Source: an uncultured Gammaproteobacteria bacterium
Lineage (GTDB): Bacteria > Patescibacteriota > Patescibacteriia > Patescibacteriales > UBA12465
DNA length: 64,000 bases
Reading direction: 5' to 3'
Assembly (NCBI GenBank): GCA_964509735.1
Contig: CAZDYJ010000002.1
Span: 481 to 64,480, forward strand
In this document: positions 9,392-17,596 of the stretch, one piece after another
Numbering within the stretch: the first letter of the stretch is position 1
Layout of the letters: each line of letters begins with the position of its first letter
The notes under the pieces: model-generated
What the model was told of the DNA's origin: nothing
What the model saw: the letters and a program-made list of their open reading frames with translations, nothing else
Database searches by the model: none
Translations under genes and position numbers: made by a program

Positions 9392-9532
9392 CTAACAATT
9401 TTTAATTTCAAAAGTTTTTCTGTCCTGATATTCTGAAGCCTTGCCAGGATTATAATTTTTTACTGGAGTTAACCAGCCAACAACGCGGCTGTAAACAATG
9501 CATTCCTGTCTTTGAATTTTTACTGGGCTCAT
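9392..9532 (-). CDS. Stand-alone NrdD glycyl-radical microprotein (46 aa)
   Basis: Not in ORF track. MSPVKIQRQECIVYSRVVGWLTPVKNYNPGKASEYQDRKTFEIKNC*, matching the NrdD C-terminal consensus (YSRVVGYLRPV.. N.GK..E..DR). Confidence 0.92.
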   Translation of the reverse strand: MSPVKIQRQECIVYSRVVGWLTPVKNYNPGKASEYQDRKTFEIKNC

Positions 9533-9609
9533 ATATTTTTTGTAAATAAATAGATTTTTAATTGATATAAAAATTATTTTTTAAGTCAAATTAAAGTCTA
9601 TCTAAATTA

Positions 9610-9638
9610 ATTATAAAACAAAATTATTTAAAATACAA
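9610..9638 (-). promoter_or_regulatory. Candidate internal promoter for the glycyl-radical ORF and nrdG
   Basis: Minus strand TTGTAT-N17-TATAAT in the 123-bp gap after nrdD; the region is very AT-rich, so chance matches are possible. Confidence 0.55.
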
Positions 9639-9655
9639 ACAAGGCAAAAATACCT

Positions 9656-11740
9656 TTATTCCCCTTGGTTAGCCTCTCTTATTTCAGTAACATCAGAATA
9701 ACCAATCTCCTCATCACATTTCGGACAGAACTTATGCTCTCCTGATAAATAGCCGTGCTTAGGGCAAATTGAGAAAGTTGGGGTTATGGTAAAATAAGGC
9801 AAACGATAATTATTAACAATTTTTTGCACTAATTTTTTAGCAGTTTCTCCGTTAGGTAATTTTTCACCGATATAACCGTGTAAAACTGTGCCGCCGGTAT
9901 ATTTTGTTTGCAAGTCGTCTTGTAAATCAAGGGCACTAAAAATATCGTTAGTGTGACTGACGTGAAGATGAGTTGAGTTTGTGTAATATGGGTTTGCTCC
10001 AGCAGTTTTTACCGCTTCAGTATTAGCACAAATAATTCCTGGGTATAGTTGTTGATCTTTCTTAGCAAAACGATAGGTACAACCTTCTCCTGGAGTAGCT
10101 TCTAAGTTATAAAGATTATTGGTTTCATTTTGAAAGTCCATCAATTTCTCACGCATGAAATCAAGAATTTCACCAGCAAAAGCTTTTCCTTCCGGACTAG
10201 CAATATCTTTGCCCATTAAATTTAAAGCTGCCTCATTCATTCCGTTTATCCCAATGGTTGAAAAATGATTTTGCCAATAAGTGCCGAATCTTTCACGTAT
10301 ATCACTCAAATAATACATCGAATAAGGGTAAAGTCTGTCTTCGGTAAACTTTTCTACTATTTTTCTTTTAATTTCTAAACTGTCTTTAGCTAAGTCCATT
10401 AACTCAACTAATTTTTCTTTAAATTCTTCTTTTGATTTTGAAAGATAACCTAGACGAGGTAGGTTAATTGTTACCACGCCAAGTGAACCAGTTAAAGGAT
10501 TAGCACCAAATAAACCGCCACCACGCTTTCTAAGTTCACGATTATCAAGTCTTAAACGACAACACATAGAACGAGCATCATCGCGATTCATGTCAGAGTT
10601 AACAAAATTAGAAAAGTAAGGAATACCATATTTAGCGGTCATCTCCCAGGCTGGTTTTAAACATTCTCTGTCCCAGTCAAAATCTTTATCAACATTATAG
10701 GTTGGGATAGGAAAGCCAAAAACACGACCAGTTGAATCTCCTTCAAGCATAACTTCCGCAAAAGCCTGATTAAACATATCCATTTCTGCCTGAAAGTCTT
10801 TATATTTTTCAGTTTTTAAATCTCCGCCAATAATAACATTTTCCTCGCCAATCATAGGTGATGGTACAACGTCTAAAGTAATATTAGTAAATGGTGTTTG
10901 AAAGCCAACACGAGTAGGAACATTAATATTAAACATAAACTCCTGCAAACCTTGTTTAACATCTTTATAGCTTAATTTATCATAACGAATAAATGGGGCT
11001 AAATAAGTATCGAAATTAGCAAAAGCTTGGGCCCCAGCGGCTTCGCCTTGCATAGTGTAGAAAAAATTAACAATTTGACCCAAAGCACTGCGAAAATGTT
11101 TTGGTGGTTTACTTTGAACTTTCTCGCTAACACCAGAAAAACCTTTAATAAGTAAGTCTTTTAAGTCCCAGCCACAACAATAAGGAGCTAGTAAGCCTAA
11201 ATCATGGATATGAAAATCGCCATTTACATGAGCATTTCTAATATTTTCTGGGTATAATTTATTTAACCAATAACGAGCTGAGATAGCAGAGGCGATATAG
11301 TTATTTAAACCTTGAACTGAGAAGCTCATGTTACTGTTTTCGTTAAGACGCCAGTCAGCTCTACCTAAATAATCTTCCATTAATTTTTCTTCAACTGTAT
11401 TCTGGTTTATGTCGCGTAGCTGACGGTGCTGGTCGCGATAAATAATAAAATTTTTAGCAATTTTAATTAATTTATTTTCAATTAAAACTTCTTCAACAAT
11501 ATCTTGAATTTCTTCAACAGCAGGAATACTATTTTTATGAAATTTAGCGTTAATTTTTAAAACAACCTGAGCGGTTAATTTGTCGGCTAAAACCTTATCA
11601 TCTAAATCAACCGATAAAGCGGACTTATAAATAGCATTAGAGATTTTTTCCGGATTAAAATCAACGATTTCTCCCGATCTCTTTCTTAATTTAGAAATAG
11701 TTTCAACACTTCCTGTGTTTGACTGGTTTTTTTCAGGCAT
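9656..11740 (-). CDS. nrdD: Class III ribonucleoside-triphosphate reductase with ATP-cone, lacking the glycyl-radical tail
   Basis: ATP-cone (KRSGEIVDFNPEKI...VEEIQDIVE), GDFHIHDL, YCCGW, SMCCRL, LEATPGEG, YYTNS, YTGGTVLH, Zn site CPKH..CPKC, then stop with no RxxGY motif. Confidence 0.95.
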   Translation of the reverse strand: MPEKNQSNTGSVETISKLRKRSGEIVDFNPEKISNAIYKSALSVDLDDKVLADKLTAQVVLKINAKFHKNSIPAVEEIQDIVEEVLIENKLIKIAKNFIIYRDQHRQLRDINQNTVEEKLMEDYLGRADWRLNENSNMSFSVQGLNNYIASAISARYWLNKLYPENIRNAHVNGDFHIHDLGLLAPYCCGWDLKDLLIKGFSGVSEKVQSKPPKHFRSALGQIVNFFYTMQGEAAGAQAFANFDTYLAPFIRYDKLSYKDVKQGLQEFMFNINVPTRVGFQTPFTNITLDVVPSPMIGEENVIIGGDLKTEKYKDFQAEMDMFNQAFAEVMLEGDSTGRVFGFPIPTYNVDKDFDWDRECLKPAWEMTAKYGIPYFSNFVNSDMNRDDARSMCCRLRLDNRELRKRGGGLFGANPLTGSLGVVTINLPRLGYLSKSKEEFKEKLVELMDLAKDSLEIKRKIVEKFTEDRLYPYSMYYLSDIRERFGTYWQNHFSTIGINGMNEAALNLMGKDIASPEGKAFAGEILDFMREKLMDFQNETNNLYNLEATPGEGCTYRFAKKDQQLYPGIICANTEAVKTAGANPYYTNSTHLHVSHTNDIFSALDLQDDLQTKYTGGTVLHGYIGEKLPNGETAKKLVQKIVNNYRLPYFTITPTFSICPKHGYLSGEHKFCPKCDEEIGYSDVTEIREANQGE

Positions 11741-11744
11741 AGTT

Positions 11745-12212
11745 TTAATTCTTATCTTTCTTATCTTTTATAAGTTTATTTAATTCTTTTTTAAATTCAC
11801 TAGCGTCTTTAAATGATTCGTAAACTGAGGCGTATCTGATATAGGCTATTTGATCTATTTTCTTTAAATTCTTCATGACCGCTAAGCCGATTTGTTTTGA
11901 AGTTATTTCATTTTTCTTTAATCTCTGCAAATCTCTTTCAATGGCGTGAATTAGGCGTTTAAATCTATCTTCGGTAATTGGTCTTTTTTCACAAGATTTT
12001 TTTAAACCACCAACTAACTTTTCCCGGCTATAAGCCTCTCTTCGTCCATCTCTTTTTACAATAATTAACTCAAGTAGTTCAATTTCCTCATAAGTCGAGA
12101 AACGAAAACTGCATTTTAAACATTCACGACGCCTGCGAATAGATAAGCCATCAGAAGCAACACGCGAGTCAACGACTTTTGTGTCGTCAAAATAGCAAAT
12201 CGGGCATTTCAT
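11745..12212 (-). CDS. nrdR: Transcriptional repressor NrdR
   Basis: MKCPIC, VVDSR, IRRRREC..C..RFSTYE, ATP-cone, AYIRYASVY. Confidence 0.97.
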   Translation of the reverse strand: MKCPICYFDDTKVVDSRVASDGLSIRRRRECLKCSFRFSTYEEIELLELIIVKRDGRREAYSREKLVGGLKKSCEKRPITEDRFKRLIHAIERDLQRLKKNEITSKQIGLAVMKNLKKIDQIAYIRYASVYESFKDASEFKKELNKLIKDKKDKN

Positions 12213-12241
12213 AGTTTTTAAAATTAGAAAAATAAGGGAAA

Positions 12242-12289
12242 AACCTACATTTTGTGGACTTTTTATACTTTAACCACTAAATATTGTGT
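12242..12289. promoter_or_regulatory. Tandem NrdR boxes
   Basis: aacctacattttgtgg (12242-12257) and ccactaaatattgtgt (12274-12289), 16-bp pseudo-palindromes with starts 32 bp apart, just downstream of the promoter. Confidence 0.85.
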
Positions 12290-12297
12290 CCTAATGA

Positions 12298-12326
12298 TAT
12301 TTTAGCAAATTTTAAAAGCTTGGTCA
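12298..12326 (-). promoter_or_regulatory. nrdR-nrdD promoter
   Basis: TTGACC-N17-TAAAAT with extended -10 TG. Confidence 0.75.
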
Positions 12327-12366
12327 ATTCAGCTAATTTTAATGAAAATTTGCTAAAGAGTTGAAG

Positions 12367-12375
12367 TTATCCACA
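12367..12375 (+). promoter_or_regulatory. DnaA box
   Basis: Perfect TTATCCACA about 40 bp upstream of the nrdR -35. Confidence 0.6.
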
Positions 12376-12414
12376 GTTAAATTTTATTTATTGTGAAATT
12401 GTATTAAAAACCTA

Positions 12415-12551
12415 CCTCCTAATCTCGCACTCCCACTTCGCGATTTACCAAGAAATATTCATACGGGGCTTCTTGGTTATATAAAAAAGAAGTGCTGATT
12501 CCGTAGCACTTCTTTTTATAATTTCTCAATGTCTAACGTAGTCTGAATTAT
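12415..12551 (-). ncRNA. Candidate small structured RNA or leader (three hairpins)
   Basis: Own promoter at 12558-12586; 16-bp stem 12481-12520, 8-bp stem accaagaa/ttcttggt, weaker stem 12421-12445; no convincing ORF. Confidence 0.4.
12481..12520. terminator. Strong bidirectional terminator-like hairpin
   Basis: ataaaaaagaagtgct-gattccgt-agcacttcttttttat. Confidence 0.8.
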
Positions 12552-12557
12552 TTTATA

Positions 12558-12586
12558 ATTATAGCTTTTTATTTAATTAAGGGCAA
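12558..12586 (-). promoter_or_regulatory. Orphan sigma70-type promoter
   Basis: TTGCCC-N17-TATAAT immediately after the AAA ATPase stop codon. Confidence 0.6.
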
Positions 12587-12597
12587 GTGGTTTATTA

Positions 12598-13872
12598 TCA
12601 AATACTTTGTTTATCACTATTTAAATTAACAAAAGCTAAAAGAGCTGCCGGAATAAAATAAATGCCTTTTTCGTGTTTTAAAACATTCTTAGTAATAATA
12701 ATTTTTTGATTAACATTACTATATCGCTCAACAAAATTTTTCATAATAACTGGCACACTTATTTTGTTACGATACTTTACCTCGCACAACATTAACTGAT
12801 TATTTTTAGATTCAATAACAAAATCAATCTCCGCCCCGCCATTAGTGCGATAAAAATGAATATATTCTTTATCGTATTGTCTAAGCAAGGTATTATAAAT
12901 AAAATTTTCCATGATAGCACCCTGCTCATTTTCCCCTATATTAAAAGAGCGTAAAAGATAGTTGCGTATTCCGATATCTAAAATATAAATCTTTGGCATT
13001 TTAGAAATTTCTGAGCGAATATTTTTAAAGTATGGCGTCACTAGATCAATGATATATGTTCCGCTTAATATTTCTAAATATTTTTTTAAAGTATTGATTG
13101 AAATATTGGCAGTACTAGAAAGTTCTTGATTGTTTACTAGTTGTCCAACTTGCCCAGCTAAAATTTTAATTAAACTATTAAAACCTGTGACATTTTCTAC
13201 ATTTAATTGGTTAATAATATCTTTGTTAATATAGGTCTTGATAATAGATTTTAAAACTTCTTCTTTTTCTGTGATGCCCTGAGTAGTTAAAACCTCTGGA
13301 TAAGCACCATAAGATAAATAGCTGTTTAAACTTAAATCTAACTTTGCTTTAAATGTTTGGAAAAATAATTCAAGCTCTTTGAAATTTTTAAGCTCATAAT
13401 TTTTCGTCTTAATTCCTTCGCTAAAATCAAAATACTCTTTAAAGTTAATCCTGCTGACATTAAAATGGATGGCCCTGCCGGTTAAAAATTCTGAATTTTT
13501 ATTTATCTCAAGCGAACTTGAACCACTAACAATTAACTGAATTTTATCTTTATGTTTGTCAAAAATATTTTTTAATAATAAACCAGCCTCATCTAAAACC
13601 TGAAATTCATCAATCATTAGATAAATAAAATTATTTGGAAAATTAAAATACTGTTTTAAGTATAGTTCTAAGGTAGCTAAACTTTTAAGAATTGGCTTGT
13701 TATCAGCGTCGTCGGCAAATAAATAAACCACCTTCTTGCCGTCTAGTTCCAAATCCTTCTTAATTTCTTTAAGAAGATAGGTCTTCCCGACTTGTCTAGC
13801 ACCTTTAATAATTAATATTTTTTCTTTCCCGAGCCAGGGCTTAATTTTGTCTAATATTTCTCTTTTAATCAT
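12598..13872 (-). CDS. AAA+ ATPase, AAA_14/DUF4143 family with C-terminal PD-(D/E)XK-like region
   Basis: GARQVGKT, IDEFQ, VSGSSS, LTGR, YGAYPE, KIYILDIGIRN, FYRT..GAEIDFV..EVKY. Confidence 0.9.
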   Translation of the reverse strand: MIKREILDKIKPWLGKEKILIIKGARQVGKTYLLKEIKKDLELDGKKVVYLFADDADNKPILKSLATLELYLKQYFNFPNNFIYLMIDEFQVLDEAGLLLKNIFDKHKDKIQLIVSGSSSLEINKNSEFLTGRAIHFNVSRINFKEYFDFSEGIKTKNYELKNFKELELFFQTFKAKLDLSLNSYLSYGAYPEVLTTQGITEKEEVLKSIIKTYINKDIINQLNVENVTGFNSLIKILAGQVGQLVNNQELSSTANISINTLKKYLEILSGTYIIDLVTPYFKNIRSEISKMPKIYILDIGIRNYLLRSFNIGENEQGAIMENFIYNTLLRQYDKEYIHFYRTNGGAEIDFVIESKNNQLMLCEVKYRNKISVPVIMKNFVERYSNVNQKIIITKNVLKHEKGIYFIPAALLAFVNLNSDKQSI

Positions 13873-13904
13873 ACATTTAAATTTATACTAGAATTATATC
13901 ACAT

Positions 13905-13967
13905 CATTGATAAAAAAACAATAGAAAACTATCAGAGCATTGATAGAAAAACAATAGAAAACTATCA
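13905..13967. repeat. Two 30-bp direct repeats (period 33) over the AAA ATPase promoter region
   Basis: cattgata(a/g)aaaaacaatagaaaactatca at 13905 and 13938. Confidence 0.85.
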
Positions 13968-13997
13968 ATCATATAGAAAATATGAGTCTTGCTAGCT

Positions 13998-14098
13998 AAA
14001 ATTCGACTAAAAACAAAGTCAACTTAGATTAAAGTTTGACCAAAAGCAAAATCTAATTTAGATTAAAGTTTGAACAAAACAAAAGTCTGACTTTCATT
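13998..14098. repeat. Degenerate ~17-bp tandem repeat (about 6 units) running into the ftsZ terminator arm
   Basis: aaagtcaacttagatt / aaagtttgaccaaaagc / aaaatctaatttagatt / aaagtttgaacaaaaca / aaagtctgactttcatt. Confidence 0.7.
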
Positions 14099-14111
14099 TT
14101 AGTCAGACTTT
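14082..14111 (-). terminator. Intrinsic terminator after ftsZ
   Basis: aaagtctgact-N8-agtcagacttt inverted repeat. Confidence 0.7.
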
Positions 14112-14163
14112 ATAAATTTATTCAAATTTTTTATTTAATATTAGACAATTTTCCTAACTAGCT

Positions 14164-15396
14164 CTAGCCCATCTTTTTCCTAAGAAAAGTTGGAATACTT
14201 AAATCGTCATCTTCGTCCTCTATAATTTGCGGTTTTTGCACATTCTCTGCCTTCTTTTCAATTACTGGTTTAAGAGGAGCGTTTTTAAATATCGAACCAA
14301 ATTTATTAGCATTCTTTGATTCTTCAAAATTCTTTAAATCATCTTTCTTCTCTTCTTTTTTTCTCTCCATTTCTGCCTCCTTCTCTAAAATAAAAGGATT
14401 TGGAGTATATGATTTAACTGGCTCTGATTGCTGGTTTCGTCCATTTCCGTCAAAACCGGTCGCTACAACAGTAATTTTTATCTGATCTTTCATCTTCTCA
14501 TCAATAACAGCGCCAAATATAATTTTCGCATCTTCGTCAGCTGCTGAAGTTATAACTTTAGCCGCCTCGCTAACTTCGGTCATAGATAGGTCTGGACCGC
14601 CTGTGATAGTAAATACAATGCCCCGAGCGCCATCTATAGACATGTCTAATAAATTTGAGTTAATAGCGTCCTTAGCCGCTTCTATAGCCTTATTTTCACC
14701 GCTAGCCATACCAATACCCATTAAAGCCGAGCCGGCGTTAGACATAACCGCTTTTACATCAGCAAAGTCGGCGTTGATAATACCTGGAACAGTAATAATT
14801 TCGGCAATTCCTTGAACACCTTGACGCAAAACATCGTCAGCGGTTTTAAAAGCTTCAAGTAAGGGTAGTTTTTTATCAATAACCTGAAGTAATTTGTCGT
14901 TAGAAATAGTGATTATTGTGTCAACTTTATCAGATAAGTCCGCAAAGGCTCGGTCAGCGATATTTTTTCTTTGTCCGCCTTCGAAAATAAATGGTTTAGT
15001 GACAACAGCTACTGTTAAAGCCCCGGATTCCTTAGCTAATTGAGCAACTATAGGAGATGCCCCTGAACCAGTTCCTCCGCCTAGTCCACAAGTAACAAAA
15101 ACCATATCACAGTCCTTTAAAGATTCTTTTATTTCGTTCTGTGATTCCTCGGCAGCTGCTTTTCCGAGTTCTGGATTCATTCCAGCACCAAGTCCTTTAG
15201 TAACCGTTTTGCCAATATGAATTTTTTCATTTGCCTTGTTGTAATGTAAAGCCTGAACATCGGTATTTATTGCTAAAAAGCTAACGCCTTTAATACCGCT
15301 AGCAATCATTCGGTTAATAGCGCTACCGCCACCGCCACCAACGCCGATAACTTTTATTTTTGCAAATGTTTCAATTTCTGGTTTTACTTCAGCCAT
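14164..15396 (-). CDS. ftsZ: Cell division GTPase FtsZ
   Basis: IKVIGVGGGG, GLGGGTGSG, INADFADV, C-terminal LSIPTFLR. Confidence 0.98.
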   Translation of the reverse strand: MAEVKPEIETFAKIKVIGVGGGGGSAINRMIASGIKGVSFLAINTDVQALHYNKANEKIHIGKTVTKGLGAGMNPELGKAAAEESQNEIKESLKDCDMVFVTCGLGGGTGSGASPIVAQLAKESGALTVAVVTKPFIFEGGQRKNIADRAFADLSDKVDTIITISNDKLLQVIDKKLPLLEAFKTADDVLRQGVQGIAEIITVPGIINADFADVKAVMSNAGSALMGIGMASGENKAIEAAKDAINSNLLDMSIDGARGIVFTITGGPDLSMTEVSEAAKVITSAADEDAKIIFGAVIDEKMKDQIKITVVATGFDGNGRNQQSEPVKSYTPNPFILEKEAEMERKKEEKKDDLKNFEESKNANKFGSIFKNAPLKPVIEKKAENVQKPQIIEDEDDDLSIPTFLRKKMG

Positions 15397-15425
15397 ATAT
15401 CAATTTATTTAAATTATTTAAAATC

Positions 15426-16688
15426 TTATTTTGGCATTATCTTATTAAACAAGCCTTTAGCCTTATCCATTAAGCCACTTAATTTCTGACCCAAGCCTGG
15501 ACCTGAATTATAATTTTCCGCATCTTCATTGCTTCCCCAAATAACTAAACCTAAAGCAGTTAAAAATTCAGGATTTTTAACCTTATCAATTACAACATTA
15601 ATATTTTTAGCCACGCCTAAAGCAGCAGGTAGTCGTAAATGCATTTTTGCAGCATCAACAACATCTTCTAAACAAGCACCACCGCCCACAAAAATAACTC
15701 CAGCTGGCAACATTCCTGAGCGGTCTATTTTTTTAAATTCATTATCAATTTTATCAAAAATTTCCTCTACACGAGCATTAATAATTTCCGCTAAGTATTT
15801 AGGGGATACGGTTGAGATATCATCATTTACTTCCTCTTCTTTAACTAAGCGACTAATATCTATTTCATCTTTTTCATTTAAATCACCAGGAATAGCTCGT
15901 CCATACTCGCATTTAATTCTTTCCGCTAAATTAATCGGAGCTCTTAAACCAATAGCGATATCTGAAGTAATGTGTTCAGCGCCAATAGGCAAAACGGCGG
16001 TGTGAATTAAATTTCTTTCCTCGTAAACAGCCAAAGAACTAGTCGATGACCCAAGGTTAACTAAAGCAACTCCTAATTCTTTTTGTTTCGGACTAAGAAC
16101 AGCTTCAGCTGCTGCTAAAGGAGAGATTACCAAATCCTCAATCTCTAAACCAGTTCGGTAAATTGCTTTGGTTAAATTTTTTATCTGAGTGCTTAAGCCT
16201 TGAACAATTAAAACTTCAACTTCTAATCTAATGCCGTTCATGCCAATCGGGTCTTTTATATCAGCCTGATTATCAACGGCAAATTTAATCGGGATAACAT
16301 GTAAAATTTCATAATTTACCGGCACAGCTAAAGCTCTCGCCGCTTCAATCGCTCGGTTAACATCATTTTCATTAATTTCTCCATCACTTCTACCAACAGC
16401 AACAACGCCTTTGGATTTTTCACATTTAATATGAGGGTCATTAATACTTACCCAAACACGGGAAATAGGTACGCCAACTAATCTCTCAGCCTTTTCCAAG
16501 ACTTCGGAGATAGAAGAAGTAGCCTCTTCAATACTATTTACTATTCCACGACTAACGCCGGCAGTTGGTCCAGAAACCGCGCCAATAATTTGCAGCTCTT
16601 CACCGGCAGGACCGGCAATTTTCTGAGCTACAACTAAACGAATGGCGGTTGAGCCAACATCTAAACCAGCAATAATGTTATCTTTCAT
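15426..16688 (-). CDS. ftsA: Cell division protein FtsA
   Basis: IAGLDVGS, YEILHVIP, DPIGMNGIRLE, IGAEHITSDI, IINARVEEIF; upstream of ftsZ. ATG 16688 preferred over the track start at 16706. Confidence 0.96.
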   Translation of the reverse strand: MKDNIIAGLDVGSTAIRLVVAQKIAGPAGEELQIIGAVSGPTAGVSRGIVNSIEEATSSISEVLEKAERLVGVPISRVWVSINDPHIKCEKSKGVVAVGRSDGEINENDVNRAIEAARALAVPVNYEILHVIPIKFAVDNQADIKDPIGMNGIRLEVEVLIVQGLSTQIKNLTKAIYRTGLEIEDLVISPLAAAEAVLSPKQKELGVALVNLGSSTSSLAVYEERNLIHTAVLPIGAEHITSDIAIGLRAPINLAERIKCEYGRAIPGDLNEKDEIDISRLVKEEEVNDDISTVSPKYLAEIINARVEEIFDKIDNEFKKIDRSGMLPAGVIFVGGGACLEDVVDAAKMHLRLPAALGVAKNINVVIDKVKNPEFLTALGLVIWGSNEDAENYNSGPGLGQKLSGLMDKAKGLFNKIMPK

Positions 16689-16762
16689 AAAATTATGGAT
16701 AACCAAAAAAAAGCAAAAATCAAAAAATGATTATATTTTTATTATACAAGATTTATAAACTT

Positions 16763-17584
16763 TTAACAATAAGCACCAAGACACAAATACCAACTCAAAA
16801 TAGTCTCTCCAAAAAATAAAGCAATAAGTGTTCCAATTACTAAAAAAGGGCCTAATGCTAAGCGAGATTTAAAGCCTTTTTTACGTCGCCAAATTAAAAA
16901 TAAAGCAAAAATAGAGCCTATTAAATAGGTAATAAATAATGCCAGAAGTAAAATTTGCCAGTTAGCTAAATATGTTCCGATAAATAAGGCTATCCAAATA
17001 TCTCCCTCTCCGACGCCTTTTTTTCTGGTAACGATATATTGAAATAAAAAGAAAAAAGAACCAATGGCCATGGCTATAATAAGGGGCCAAAAGCTTAAAC
17101 CTAAAAATAAACTAAGAATAAAAACTAAGATTGTCGCCGGCCAGAGAAGAAGCATGGGCACTTCTTGCCAGCGCGCATCGTAGACGAAGATAATTATCAA
17201 AGAGCAAATAAAAATCCAATCTCTTAAAACAAATAAAAAGTTATTAGTCGAAATACTTAAGCCAATATTAAAAATAAAATCTACAAAAGAATAATCTAAA
17301 GGAAGATTAAAGGCTTTAAAAAAGGAAAAACTTAGTAGAAGTCCGGTCGCCAACTCAACTGCTGGATATTGCCAAGAAATATTTTTTTTACAATATCGAC
17401 ATTTAGCTTTTAAAATTAAGTAGGAAAAAAGAGGAATATTATCATACCAATTTATTTGCTTCCGACAATTAGGACAATACGACCGTCCCCAAATATTTTC
17501 TCTTTGACGCAAGCGCCAAATAAGGCAATTTAAAAAACTGCCAAAAATTAAAGCTATTAAAAAAACCATTATAAATAGAGTCAT
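16763..17584 (-). CDS. pilD: Prepilin peptidase (A24)
   Basis: GSFLNC, RSYCPNC..WYDNIPLFSY..KCRYC, VGEGDI, ALGPFL. Confidence 0.92.
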   Translation of the reverse strand: MTLFIMVFLIALIFGSFLNCLIWRLRQRENIWGRSYCPNCRKQINWYDNIPLFSYLILKAKCRYCKKNISWQYPAVELATGLLLSFSFFKAFNLPLDYSFVDFIFNIGLSISTNNFLFVLRDWIFICSLIIIFVYDARWQEVPMLLLWPATILVFILSLFLGLSFWPLIIAMAIGSFFFLFQYIVTRKKGVGEGDIWIALFIGTYLANWQILLLALFITYLIGSIFALFLIWRRKKGFKSRLALGPFLVIGTLIALFFGETILSWYLCLGAYC

Positions 17585-17596
17585 ATAAACGATTAA

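Noticed and set aside
9392-11740. nrdD as a pseudogene or intron-interrupted gene
   Set aside because: Both parts keep intact motifs, the small ORF has its own ATG, nrdG/nrdR and operators are intact, and the 123-bp AT-rich gap is too short and unstructured for a group I/II intron.
12213-12597. Replication origin
   Set aside because: Only one DnaA box, no dnaA/dnaN nearby and no switch in gene orientation.
13905-14098. Repeats as a CRISPR array
   Set aside because: Only two near-adjacent 30-bp copies plus degenerate tandem units; no unique spacers and no cas genes.
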